From NCBI RefSeq assembly GCF_006345805.1, contig NC_043000.1, forward strand, positions 54,126,001 to 54,190,000: a stretch of 64,000 bases of DNA, written 5' to 3'. The stretch's first letter is position 1. Each line of letters opens with the position of its first letter. A program made the translations under genes and the position numbers. The DNA is from Octopus sinensis (lineage: Eukaryota). Positions 1 to 15,205 of the stretch are shown one piece after another. The notes beneath the pieces are model-generated. The model was given only the letters and a program-made list of their open reading frames with translations. It made no database searches and had not been told where the DNA came from.

Positions 1-959
1 CCGTATTGGAATCGACGGCTTATATTTATTTGCTGCCGATAAATTTGGCGCGAGTGCGATGATTTGAAAATTTTAGGACAGATATTACCTTGGCAGGGTC
101 GGAAATGCCTCGTGAAAATATCTGTTCCGACTTGTGGCTATTTCTTACTGAAGAATCTGAGGGCCTATGGAAGATTGGCTTGATTTAATTTAATCAGGTT
201 AGTTTACCATTAAACAGCAGATGAAACGGTGCATCGTATAAGAAATTACAGTGTAAATGTTTTTTAAATTTTCTCCTGTTTACGGAATTGACTTTTATTT
301 GCGGTTGAAGCTTTGGCTGTTATTTCTAGTGGGTGAATGGCCTATTATGGCCGTTCCTTGATTGTTGATGTTGAACTTAAAAATGGTCTATGACTATTTA
401 ATTTTTTCCCACTACGCCGCTGGTGGCAAAAAAATTCTACAAAATTTTTTTTGCCACCCTATATTGATTAATTATGAATTTTCTGGTTAATTCCGTATTG
501 GAATCGACGGCTTATATTTATTTGCTGCCGATAAATTTGGCGCGAGTGCGATGATTTGAAAATTTTAGGTCAGATATTACCTTGGCAGGGTCGGAAATGC
601 CTCGTGAAAATATCTGTTCCGACTTGTGGCTATTTCTTACTGAAGAATCTGAGGGCCTATGGAAGATTGGCTTGATTTAATTTAATCAGGTTAGTTTACC
701 ATTAAACAGCAGATGAAACGGTGCATCGTATAAGAAATTACAGGGTAAATGTTTTTTAAATTTTCTCCTGTTTACGGAATTGACTTTTATTTGCGGTTGA
801 AGCTTTGGCTGTTATTTCTAGTGGGTGAATGGCCTATTATGGCCGTTCCTTGATTGTTGATGTTGAACTTAAAAATGGTCTATGACTATTTAATTTTTTC
901 CCACTAGGCCGCTGGTGGCAAAAAAATTCTACAAAATTTTTTTGCCACCCTATATTGAT

Positions 960-960
<1 letters not shown>
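1..960. repeat. Tandem array of a 492-bp unit (about two copies visible, runs off the left edge, ends in (TA)n)
   Basis: ccgtattggaatcgacggc at 1 and 493. Copies differ at only 3 positions I could see (ggAcag/ggTcag, cagTgt/cagGgt, ctaCgc/ctaGgc). Each unit ends with the hairpin ggtggcaaaaaaa...tttttttgccacc. Confidence 0.95.
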
Positions 961-1012
<52 letters not shown>

Positions 1013-1121
1013 ACCTACATATGTGTTTGTGTATCTATCTGTCTACATATAAAATGGCGTGGCCCCACCATGGCCACAGCTCATGAGCTGAAACTAGATC
1101 AAATCAATCCAATCAATCAAA

Positions 1122-1159
<38 letters not shown>

Positions 1160-1449
1160 TGTACAGAGAGAGAGAGGGGGGAGAAAGGGAGAGAGAGCCG
1201 TATATATATTATACTTAATGTATATACCCTGTCAATAGGCCAGTCACTACAATATTATTCATGTGATGAAATTCTCGTTTCCTTGTTTTTAAGTTCTGGA
1301 CTTACTCTGTTAAAAATAGCACAGATGTCTTAGAGAGACGAATATTCGTCCTCGTTGTCTCCAGCGAGCGCTCTAGTTGCAATTAGGCATTTTAAAGCAT
1401 TTATAATAACTTGTACTTGCAGCCATCCACATCCTCGGACGAGAATTCT

Positions 1450-2570
1450 TCGTTTCTTTTTTTATATTATTTACCAAGACCTATTCCCCATAAGATAGGG
1501 TAGCCACAAGACATACACCAGAAATTCCATTAATTTCCCAGCCCAAAGTGGTGAGCCCCGTCCTATGCTCGGGTCAAGGCATAGAAAGCAACCCTTGATA
1601 TCAACAGAGGGGCCCGACAGCATCTGCTAATTTACCTCCGCCGCTTCATGCTGCTTCCGTACCCTCATCCGTCGACAAACACTCTCCAAGCTTTCTTACC
1701 TTTAATGAATTCTCTTGCCTCTCTGACTCCAACATCTCTAACCACCAAGGCTTTCCTCACTCCATCCATCCACACAAACTGAGGCATACCTACCATTTCA
1801 GCTGCCTACCATTTCTGCCTTCATTGCCCGCCTTAACATCCACTCCTCATCCATCATCTCGATGTGGTGAAACCACCTCAACATACGTCTATTCTGGTAC
1901 ATATATTTTCTTTCATTTCTGCTCGCCTTCGCACCTCCTCATTCCTCATCCTGTCCATCCGTGTCACACCAACCATAGCTCTCAAGCATCTCCTCTCAAA
2001 CATATCTAGTCGCTTCCTTTCCGCCTCTCTCATATCCCACGTCTCTGCACCATGTAACATTGTTGGTACAATCCCGCCCTCTTTCCGCTTTCATATTCAA
2101 CCTTTTATCTCTCAGCATACTTTTCACAACTCCAAGTATCATACTTCTCTCCCTCACTCTATATCCCACCTCTTCAGCCAACCCCCGTCCACTGTTACAT
2201 GTGATCCCAGATACTTAAAAACACTCACCTCCTCTAACATCTCAGCATTTATACTCACATTCAATCTGCCAGTTGTTTCATCTCTAACATCTGTTCACAA
2301 TACTCTTAGCCACATTCACTTTCAGTTTCCTCCTCTCACATACTCTTCTAAACTCTACCACCAGTCTCCTCAGTTGCTCTCCCGAATCCGCAACCAGTAC
2401 AGTATCATCAGCAAGCAACAACTGATCCACCTGCCATTTCTCTCCATTTTCTCCCGCCATTTGGGCTCTCCTACCAAAGGTTCTAGCATTCACCTCTCTC
2501 GTCAAACCATCAATTTGTAGATTAAACAGACACGGAGACATCGCACAACCCTGTCTTAAGCCTACCTTCG
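1450..2570 (-). mobile_element. 5'-truncated, frameshifted RTE-clade non-LTR retrotransposon (RT C-terminus plus 3' UTR)
   Basis: Minus frames give KVGLRQGCAMSPCLFNL (RT GxxQG motif), QLLLADDTVLVADS (YADD-like), RRKLKVNVAKS and LHGAETW...DMFERRCLRAMVGVTRMDRMRNEEVRRR, typical of the RTE RT/thumb region. Confidence 0.9.
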
Positions 2571-2699
2571 TTTCTCATAAAGCAAAACGCGACTAAAACT
2601 TATTAAAAATCCGATGTTCGCTACTGAGGTAGTATTTTAAAATAGCCTTGCATATATCATACTTAACGTATGCACACTGTTTATACTTTCTATATTTTT

Positions 2700-3447
2700 T
2701 TTCATCGTGGCATCATCCAGTAAGGCTGATTGCTCGGGCCAGCCTGACTACCTCTCTCCATCCTACCCGATCTTCCATTAGTGGTTTTAGGTCTTCAACT
2801 TGGCGTACAACATCTTCTGAAACTGGTTGTATATACGTCTTTCGTGGTCTTCCAGCCGTTGTGGTACCAAGATTTGATGTCCACACAACACGTTACTCAC
2901 AAGTTCTTCCTTACGTCTCCAGCAGTGGTGAGCAAACCTCCATTTTCGCTCTTGAAAGTTGCTACATTCCCACATAACCGTTGGTTTGTTGTGCCCTGCA
3001 CGTAACATTCTGGTGTAGGTCTAGCATGCAACCGAGTCTCTTGGTGAGAGTCCAAGTGGGAGATCCATATACAAGTCAGAGATCCATATACATTCAACAA
3101 CTACTCTGAAGAACTGTTTCTTCATTTTTCCTGGGAGGGTTGATTTCCATATTGTCCTAAAATCGTTTATAGCTGCCCAAGCTTGAGCTACGAGAGATTT
3201 AATATCTTTTTCAGTATACATGATATTGCTCCCTAGGTAAGTAAACTCGTTGAGATTTTTCAAGGGCTTCTGTTTGATGGCCCTGATTTCACCTGTTGCG
3301 TTCATGGTGATAAACCCTGTCTTCTTTTCATTCACATATAGTCCTATGTTAGCGGTAGCATTTTCCGGGAGATGGAGTAAACGTTCAGCAACTTTTGTGT
3401 TGGCTGCGAAGAGCGAGATGTCATTAGCATAATCGGCGTCCGTCAAG
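2700..3447 (-). mobile_element. Second, different 5'-truncated RTE-like LINE fragment
   Basis: TDADYANDISL (YADD-like), IGLYVNEKKT, FTYLGSNI, AWAAINDFRTIWKS...KKQFFRVVVE, then RFAHHCWRRKEELVSNVL; broken by frameshifts. Confidence 0.85.
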
Positions 3448-4477
3448 TAAGCAGCACACTGTTAATGTGCCAATTACTGTAGCATTTATCATTGGATGAC
3501 CTGTCTTAAGCACGTGATGAGTTAAAAACTCAATGACTATCATGAAGAAAGACAACAATTCATCCCAGCGACGAGCAGGAAGAGAGTAAAATTTGCCCTC
3601 TTTTGGACCTTTTCTTGCTGGTTGCTTCAAATGTTCCAACAGTATTCCATTCATTAAATACATGCCAGAAAAGCAATTGATCCTGCACAGTCACTGTAAA
3701 CAAGGGAAATAGAACTGAATTAAATGCTTCTGTATCTAACGTTTCGGGCGGTTTGGTCGGACCAAAACCATTCTCTCTCTATATACTAGCATTTCTCTTT
3801 TCCATGACATCCTTTTATCTTATGTTTGTAATTCGCTAGTGTGTAGATCATTCTGTGTGGTTGAAAATGATTTTTCTCCTGGTCTAGATTCAAGGACTGA
3901 ACTCACGCACTAATTCAACTTTTGTTCAATAGCAGCATATCTTATCCTCTGCTCTCCAGTCGTTAATGACATGTTGGGAAATTTCCATAAAGCACTTCCT
4001 TCATGAGATTTTATTTCTTTGACTTTATTTCCTTGGTTTGTTGAGAACAGCAGGCACCAAACGAGGTTCTACAGGAGGTAGATCCTGTCAAAGAATGTTT
4101 AATGAGGGAATACCTTTAACCGCAATTCTTCGTTCGAATTATTCGTTCAGCAATTTTTCTTCTTATCCATCTATTTAGATTCCACAGGAAATCTGCTTCT
4201 ATTATGTTTTATCCATGTATCAATCGGAAATACAGTAAAAACATAGATTTTAAAATATACTGTCTTTACATTTATTCGTGAGATTTGAACACGTTTTATC
4301 TAAGATGTAAGTTAGTGTTAACACATAAGTTAGTGTTAAGTGCTATGAAACAGTTTGCTGCTTTCTAGAAGATAGTTAATGTTTAGTTTGAATAAGTCGT
4401 TTTCTTTTTTATGGTTTTATGATTAACTTCAAAGCCGTAGCTACTAAGAATTATATGAAGTTTATATGTGCATATAC

Positions 4478-4738
<261 letters not shown>

Positions 4739-4976
4739 ATATATATTATATATATATATATATACTAAGCAATAAGGGTTTAGCAACGAATTGCCTTACC
4801 ACATACCGAATTTAGAAATAGCAGTCAAAGGGTTATAGCTATTTCTTCTACTAAAAAGGGAGATCTCAGTAAAAACAGCAATTGGAAGGCTGACACAAAC
4901 AGGTAAGAGAGAATGAATTAACTGCAATCTATCAAACATTTTTAAAGTTATCCACGGACGTACGTTTCGAAATCAA

Positions 4977-5043
<67 letters not shown>

Positions 5044-5549
5044 TTTAAATGGTTACACAACTAGTTTTCTTTACTTACAGTTATTAGGTTATTGGTTACA
5101 CTATTATCATTTTATCACCACCGTAGTATATGTAAAACGTAATGCAGAAAACATTCTTCAATCTTTCTGTTAATTAAATACATAATATGCATTGGTTACA
5201 TCTGCAGATATTTTTATGATACCCTATATTATACTATACATTGATTTATTCCCTGATAAATATAAAGGTACGAAGAGAGATTTCTATATTGCTTATACGT
5301 GTGTTAAAATATCGATTGTATGCATGTTATCTTCTATATACTTAAATTTCAAACTATTTCGGCTTACTTCAAATATATTTGAATTCTTCTGCCCGCGTGA
5401 AAATCATAATCGCAGCTTGAGTGCTTACTTTCGCAGGTGACATGACACAAAAATATAATTACGGGCTAATTCTCTGTTATTCATTCATATATATATATAA
5501 TGCAAGAAAATCACTCTCTCACTCTCTTCATTCCCCCACTCTCTCTCTC

Positions 5550-5626
<77 letters not shown>

Positions 5627-5790
5627 GTATATATATATATATGAGTGTGTGTATTTATGTATGTATGCGAATAAATGCACACGCAAATACGATATATGTA
5701 TATATAGAGAGAGAAAGACAGACAGAGAGATAGATATACATTTGTATATACATATATATTATATATGTACATACACACACACACACACAC

Positions 5791-5839
<49 letters not shown>

Positions 5840-6545
5840 GTGTGTGTGTAGAGAGAGAGAGAGAAGGGGAGGGAAAGCGTAAGCATGATTAATGAATATG
5901 AGTATGTGTATATATATGCATATATGCGTCTGTGAGTTCGCTTACATACGGATCTAATATATATATATGCATACATAGAGAAGAGAGAAGTGTGAGAGAA
6001 AAAGTATATATGACTACATAATTACACACATATTGGAAAATTGATCTTTCACACAGTGTCAACAGAACGTGGTCCCCATTTCTTTTTTCTTGTTTTTTCA
6101 ATATGGATTTTCGTTTTGTTATCAGAAATACAGCTAAAATCTAATTTTGTTGATATATTTAGGGATTTGTACTTATGTAAACGATATAACATGGGGAAAT
6201 GAATTCGCAGAACTTAACACGCTAAAAACTAAATACCGAAATCTGTATCAAAAACTAAGAATTGGGCACATAAATTACTTCTAAAACTATGGAAATATAT
6301 TAATTTGGAAAAGTCCTCTTCAAGTTTATAAATTTTTATGTTGGAAATTTCAAGGCATATGGAAAAGAGAATTTCCTAATATTTTATATTAGTTCTCTCT
6401 ACATAATAGATATTATCCACCTTAGAAGACATTTGCTGAAGGTGCTACGCCTAGAACTATGTGGTTGGGAAGAAAGCTTCTTAGCACACAAAAACTCCTG
6501 CGACAAGTGGAGTGGGGTTTTTTCTAACGTTTAATCATCGGATGA

Positions 6546-7690
<1,145 letters not shown>

Positions 7691-8232
7691 TCAGGTCACT
7701 TTCGAGTGCTACTGGTAACATGTAACCCAGTACTACCTGTTGCATGGTCGGGTCGTCGGCGACTAAACCGGCAACCCCACCAAGCTTGCTTGGTGAGGAG
7801 GGTGTATATTGGTCGCCCTGCGAGATAAAAAACAAAACCCTTCAAGGGGTGGAGGAACTCTTGAGAGTCAACGGCCATCCAATAAATGTCTTAAGAGTGT
7901 ATCATGCGCGGGGACATAGAAATAATCGGACTGAATACCCGATCGCGCAGTTAATCCATTAGGAGTGAAGGACTCCTAGCCTTTGTCAGGGCATCCTTCT
8001 AGGAGAAGGTGACTCAGGTAACTGGGATAACTCTGGCATAAAACCTGCTGCTCAGTGGTTACCGATGGTGATGACTTGTTCTTCTTTTCAGATTATGGCT
8101 GCTGTTGCTTAGTGAGTGAGATTGACTCAGTGCACAGCCTTTCCTCACTTAAAAAAAAATCTTCTTGCACAGGCATTGCACGATAACAACATTGATTAAG
8201 CTTCGTGCAATGGCCATACACGATAACGAGGG
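7691..8232 (+). mobile_element. GC-rich structured repeat, probably the 5' UTR region of an RTE-type LINE
   Basis: About 540-bp GC-rich island between (TATG)n tracts with hairpins at 7778-7795, 7960-7978 and 7995-8009. The gggcatccttctaggagaagg...aaacc motif resembles RTE 5' UTRs (recalled resemblance, not searched). Confidence 0.4.
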
Positions 8233-8910
8233 GACAGCCACCATGTATGTATGTATACGTAGGGCTTCTTTCAGTTTCTGTTTGCCAAATCCACTCTCAA
8301 GTCTTTGATCGGTCCGACGCTATAATAGAAGAGACTATATATATATATACATATATGTATGTGCCTATATCAAAGTGTATCTGTTTTTGTGTGTGTATTT
8401 GGTTTGTCTTCTACACGATTAAGCTTTCATGAAACCTTTGACTGCATTATTTTCTCGCAAGAAAGTTTCAGGTATAAGTCTTTATTCGGAGAGAAAATAT
8501 TTCTTAATACATTGCTCTGGTCGAAATTTTATGTATGATAAAAAGAATAATATAGGGGAGTAATGTGGGTGATGGTGAATTAGACACAACTTGGGAAAAG
8601 GGACATTGTGAAGAAACGTAAATAATGTGAGATTTAATAGCTTTGTGAGGAAGTGAACAATGACCGACATATGTAACAAGTACAGGAGTAGATGAAATGA
8701 GAAGGAAGTGTTCAAAGCTAGGTCGATCACTGTAACTGTGAGTATGGAACTAAATATCAGAAATGGCGTAGAAACGCATGCATGAGGACACAGGATCAGG
8801 AAATCGTGCAAGAGATGAATGGAATTAACTGATGCAGCCATGAGATACTTGCAAGAAGTAATTGAGTGGTCCATGATACAACATACATACATACATACAT
8901 GTATATACAT

Positions 8911-8972
<62 letters not shown>

Positions 8973-9369
8973 CTTAATCGTAAAGTGAGAAGAGTAACTG
9001 CTATAAATTAGATTTATGTTTGCATATACGTGAAGGGTCTTAAACAGACGCTTTCAACGCTGGAGCAGACAACTTTAACTGCAAAGTTAATTGATCGTTT
9101 CAATGAAAGACATTATGAACAGCATCAAATATATGAACGATGCTAAAAATTAAGGTTGATATAATCATTAATCAATGGAAATCTTTAATGATTCATGTAC
9201 TTGCAATTCTGCAACCAAACATTAGCTACACAATTTTGTTTCTCGTCCATATGAATGTATGTGTATATGGACATATATACATACATAAATACATGTATCT
9301 ACAGTAACACACAAACGCGCGCACGCGTAGTTTTTAATATTGTAGTTATAATTTTAAAGACTGATTTTC

Positions 9370-9409
<40 letters not shown>

Positions 9410-9588
9410 TTGCAAACCTGTCTACCTCTAAATTTTTCATATGAATTTTATATTAAATGTTATACTAACATTGCATCTTTATACATCTATCCACCAGTGT
9501 GAAACTTATAGCGCACACATACATGTGGTATGTCTTTGAAGGTTAAGGACTAGCCCCCACCAACCTACTTGCACATCGGGTATATATA

Positions 9589-10700
9589 CACAGAAATGCA
9601 GGAAGTAAATAGACACCTTTAGTTTCAAAATTTCTCATCTAAGCTTCTTAATGTTTTCACCAGTGTAGAATTTCCAATATATTTATTCTTTTTCATTCCA
9701 GGTGCCACTATATTAAACCTTTGCAAAGAGTAACAATGACACGTACAAAATATTCAGCAGAACTGTCAGATTTTCAAAGAAGCTTGTCTTAGCCAGCGAA
9801 AATTTGCCGAAAATCTTCAAATTCTTCTTGCTACTGTTAATAGAATTATAGTGCAATTCAAAAGCCAAGGAAAAGAATCAACGGATTCTCGTCCCGGTCA
9901 ACATGGGCCCTCGGAAATGATTCTTTGCTGTTTGAAGAGAATTGTGGAAAACGAATCCCGTTCGAAGGCTTCTCACACTGCAAAACAGCTAGAAGTTAGT
10001 CCAAGAACGTGTGTTACATATCTGCATATGATTGGGCATTATGGACGAGCAGCAAGAAGAAAACCTCTTCTTCAACCAATTAATATCATGGAGAGAAAGA
10101 AATGGGCTAAGGAGATGTCAGAAAAATCCAGTTCAGTTTGGGTTAGAGTGATTTTCTCAGATGAATCCAGATTTGCATTATTTTCAAACAGTGAACGTGC
10201 TTGGATCTGAAGGCTTCCCAACCAATAGTTTGATTTGAAACGAATCCAACCAACTGTGAAACATGGAGGTATCTCTGTAATGGTGTGGAGAACTGTCACC
10301 AGCAACGGTCGTTCAGAGCTGATCGAATGGATTGGAACCATAAACTTAAGCAAGGATTACATATGATGTATTCACACGATAACATAATGAAAAATTAGTT
10401 TTTATTCATGGAAGATGGGGCTCCATGCCACACAGCGAAAAGGAATCAACAATGGCTGACTGAAAATGAGATCAAAAAGCTTCCTTGGCCGAGACAATCT
10501 CCTGACATGAACCCAACTGAAAATCTTTGGAGCATACTAAATAGAGCTATACGAAAAATTCAACAAAAATTTTAATCTAAAGATGAATTGTTTCGATTGT
10601 TGCGTGAAAAGTGGGCAGGAATTCCAGATCTTATCAGTTCAATGCCAAAAAGAGCTTCTGAATTAAAAACAGTAAAAAAGGAATGTCAACTAAATACTAA
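9589..10700 (+). mobile_element. Tc1-family DNA transposon, DD34E transposase pseudogene
   Basis: ATG near 9736 (MTRTKYSAELSDFQR); GHYGRAARRKPLL; VIFSDESRF; PTVKHGG.SVMVW; FMEDGAPCHT...LPWPRQSPDMNPTENLW with 34 residues between the second D and E; ends GMSTKY*. Stops and frameshifts present. Left end after TA at 9587-9588; right TIR not found. Confidence 0.92.
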
Positions 10701-11052
10701 AGTATGCAGTCCTACCCATCGATTGTATTATTTGCTCCTTTCTTATGGGCAGAATCGGCACAGCTGATATTTAGATAATGAAATAGTGGAAGTTATTTTT
10801 TGTTTAATAGTGAAGGGCAAGGGTACAGTTTCCATGGGTTTGCATGAAAATGTTTTCTGTTCCTAAGCAGGATCAGAAGCTATGTATTGTTTCATCGCAT
10901 AAAAGGGGGTTAATACGATTTTGTCCACAAATCACGTTTTCCAAATTTTAATTTCACTCTATCGCCACCGTAATTTCTTAATTTGTAACTTTTTCATTTT
11001 TTTCTCTTTTTTTGTTATCTACGTAGAAATATACAGCGATTACGAATCTGGG

Positions 11053-11468
<416 letters not shown>

Positions 11469-12217
11469 CCACCACCAGAAAACCCGACATGCTAGAAACA
11501 ACAGGTAAACGACATTACTTCTGAGGAAACTTCGCTGCATTCCAGAAAGTTAAAGTGAAACATTGGGAGTATATAGCTTTTTGAAAGTGATGTGATGGGT
11601 AAAATTTGTATTCTCTGTTTTTTCTTGACGGATTACCAAGAATATAAATTTTAAACAAGAAAAATTAATTTGGTGTGGAGAGGGAGAAAATTTAATTATT
11701 GAGAACGTATTTTGTGGGTGAAATCTTAATCTCTTGTATCGCTAACATAGGAATAGAAAAGAATTTAGGAAAAAAATACGGGGTGGGGGCGACAAAAGTT
11801 TCACCTCAAACATGCTAGAAAGAAGACCCACAAGACAGGATTTCTGGGAAAAATTCCTTTTTAGCTTATATACAAGATCAGATTTTTAAATACGCTCATC
11901 ACAAACACAAATTACACAATAGAAAAAAGATCGTTTCAGTTGGTTTTGAGCTGTATATTTGCACGTGCACACTGCAAGAATTAACATAATTTGCACAGAA
12001 GTTTTACCTAGAGTGTGTGTATGCATATGTGTGTGTCAAAGGAAGTTATTTTATGGCATTCTTTCATTTGAAGAAGTAAAGTTGTCGACACGACATATAT
12101 GGGATCATATGATTGTTCATTAATTTCCGTAAAATTATGTTAATTTCTGTTTGCTTTGAAGAGAGCAGAAACTGAAAGAGAGGATAAAGTGAAAAGGCGA
12201 CATTTGTTTTAAAGTGA

Positions 12218-12280
12218 GAGGAGAAAGTAAAAAAGAGGAGAAAGTAAAAAAGAGGAGAAAGTAAAAAAGAGGAGAAAGTA
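12218..12280. repeat. 17-bp minisatellite (gaggagaaagtaaaaaa) x3.7
   Basis: Units start at 12218, 12235, 12252 and 12269. Confidence 0.9.
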
Positions 12281-13456
12281 TAAGATGTACGTGTATGTGA
12301 AATGGGTGTGTGAGAGAGAGATAGAGAAAGAGAGAGTGAGTGAAGGTATGTGTTATGTTGTATGAAATTGTATGCATGTATGTGCCTATAGAAGAAAGGA
12401 TTTGATTGTTGTGGTCTTAACATCAGTTGGTAAGAATTGAAGTCATTTGACGACACCTTTTTTGTAATTGACTATCCTGTTGCAAGTTAAATCCCAGGAA
12501 TATTGAAATAATACCCATCTTGTTCATTATACAGAATAAGATTATATTGGAGAGTATCATAAGAGGGATGAGCGTGAATCATGATTTTCAATGGGATCAC
12601 CAACCATCTACTTCATTAGATCCTTACTAACATTTACTGTAGATGTAACGAACGCAGAAACAAACACACACACATATACACTCATAGAATTGATAATATT
12701 GAAAACAGCAAAATATACACTCACGAAGTCCAAGCAAAGCGAAATGTAGCCAATATCAATATAGTTGCAAAACATACTTTATGTAGCATAGTTATGGTAT
12801 AAACAAATAGAAAGTCATGAATTTAGCAAAAGTTAGTATGCGTCACCAATGTAAGGAAGTACAAAAAGTCAACATTTATTTTGGAACATGTATTAAATGT
12901 TATAAAGTTCACGATTGAATGAATGTTACGGTGAAGAAAGTGAAAGTCCAAGAAAATTCAGAAGGCATAATTCAAGTTTTCATACAAAAATAATTTGTCT
13001 TTTCAATCTTGAAACGAACGCTGAACCAAGTGTATAAAGAATAAAATGCTGTTTTTGAACTCTGTAAAATTATAGACTGTAGAATAAATACTGAGTAACG
13101 CAGTAAAATGGTTGTGCGACGACGATACTCACAGTGATGAAGAATACAAGGACTGTTAAAACAACATTATCTTGAAACTGGTTAAAAGGAGTGGAATAAC
13201 ATTTCTGTAATTACAGTGAAAGATCTGCTGAGGATTTCTACTTCACCAAATTTCCGAATTTGTTATAATAACCAGAATAATATACTGTTTTTCAGATATA
13301 TTTGTGAGTATAGTGAGTGATGTTAAATCAACCAAATCTTCATGTTAATAGTACTTGAAATTGAACGTTGTTGTTTGTTTAAAGTCCAAGCCGCAAGTAA
13401 ACTTTCAATATCGGCGCATTTCACTGTTGTTGGTAGAGGTTACATGCATAAACTAA

Positions 13457-13491
<35 letters not shown>

Positions 13492-13895
13492 CCGTACATT
13501 AACACACACCTGGAGCCTATATCTGTTCCTCTGTGTGTCTGTTTCTGTCTTTAGATGGATGTGTGCCATCGTCGCAAAAATGTATGTATATTGATAGACA
13601 CATAAATGTCACCCACACATACTAGGGAACGAAGGTGCAAACACACATAAAAAACACATACAAATTTGGCGTCATCGTTATTGTGCTGGTGATATAAAAT
13701 GTCGTTTACGATAGGTGATTAAAAGAAAAATAATGTCAATTTTTTGTAATGCAAATATGTGAATGAAAACAGTTTACTTCGTAAACAAAATCGGCAACTC
13801 TGTTTTAGAATGCATAAGAAACACACACACACGTACAGACACACGCACACACAAACTCTCTGATATATATATATATATACATATACACATATATA

Positions 13896-14034
13896 CAGGG
13901 TGATCAAAATGTCTCTCCGCAGTACACCATAACTAAGGGACAATGGCTGACACACGGCCAGTCACACAGCGACGGCCACGTTGCGCATGCGCAGGATGAA
14001 AAATTCACTTCAGAGAGAATTTTTGAACACCCTC
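13896..14034. mobile_element. 139-bp Tc1/mariner-type MITE
   Basis: TA|cagggtgatcaaaatgtctctc ... gagagaatttttgaacaccctc|TA: 22-bp TIRs (18/22 match) with TA on both sides; internal palindrome tgcgcatgcgca. Confidence 0.75.
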
Positions 14035-14321
14035 TATATATAAATATATACATGTACGCATTATGTGTGCATATTAACCAAACACGCATTTGTTCATTTA
14101 AGTATTTAAGTCATAGGGTCATTTTGGCGTATAACCTTGCTTTCCCTCATGCATTTATCGCCATAGCTTCTTTTTGTTCAATTGCAGATGCCCTTAAGTA
14201 TATGCATAGAAATATACAGAAATCCATGCATGATATTACTGAAATATTCACACGCAACCTCCCCGCACACACACACACACACACATAAATGCAAAGAAAT
14301 GCGTATGCATGTGTATATACG

Positions 14322-14355
<34 letters not shown>

Positions 14356-14786
14356 CATTCAAACGTATATATACATACCTAAACACACATACATAAAAAT
14401 ACACACACATGTATATATTGTAACAAAATTTTTATATTTATATTTATATTTAATTGCATATTGTAACAAAACTTTTAATCGTATAGTTATAATTGTTCCA
14501 TTTATATTTATGTATACACAAACACAAGTGCATGTATATGTGTGTGTGCCTGTATGTGGGAGTGTTGCGTGTGAATGTGCATGTCTATATATGTAAGTAT
14601 GTAATTTGTATGTGTGCGTGTGCGTGTATAAAAATTAATATCATTCGGGTAAAACGTGGTAGATTCTTTTGCAAAGCTTATATACGGTTATTGGCTACCT
14701 GCTGTCAATTCAGTGGAAATATTTCTGCTATTTGTCATATGTCGTGAATTCCATAGTATATGTAGAGTTTATATGAATAGATAAAC

Positions 14787-14944
14787 AGGCGCAGGAGTGG
14801 CTGTGTGGTAAGTAGCTTACTTACCAGCCACATGGTTCCAGGTTGAGTCCCACTGCGTGGCACCTTCGGCGTCATCTACTATAGCCTTGGGCAGGAGAAA
14901 GCCTTGAGTGGATTTGGTAGACGTAAACTGAAAGAAGCGCGTCG

Positions 14945-14975
<31 letters not shown>

Positions 14976-15205
14976 GTGTGTAAATGTATGTGTATCTGTT
15001 TGTCCACCCCCTAACATCGCTTGACAGTCGATGCTGGTGTGTTTATGTCTTTGTGACGTAGCGGTTCGGCAAAAGAGACCGAGAGAATAAGTACTAGGCT
15101 TACAAAGAATAATTTCTGTGGTCGATTTGCCTCGACGAAAAGCAGTGCTCTAGCATGGCCACAGTCAAATAACTGAAACAAGTAAAAGAATAAAAGAATA
15201 AAAAG
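14787..15205 (+). mobile_element. Near full-length tRNA-derived SINE, family A (octopus OK/OR-type)
   Basis: A-box-like tggctgtgtgg, B-box-like ggttgagtcc, internal (TA)/(TG) tract, and a gaataagtactaggcttacaaagaata...agtaaaagaataaaag tail. Same architecture at 20481 and 33141. Confidence 0.9.

Noticed and set aside
3424-3700. Minus ORF after a good acceptor (ttgtttacag|)
   Set aside because: Two frames are partly open, there is no convincing donor and no recognisable family; it abuts a LINE break.
7760-7815. Twister-ribozyme resemblance (ccgg...ccaagc...gaggagggt)
   Set aside because: The P2/P4 helices and pseudoknots cannot be formed; it folds as a simple extended hairpin.
12218-12280. 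Short direct repeats here and at 52933-52989 as possible CRISPR-like arrays
   Set aside because: The units are contiguous with no unique spacers; this is eukaryotic DNA with no cas genes.
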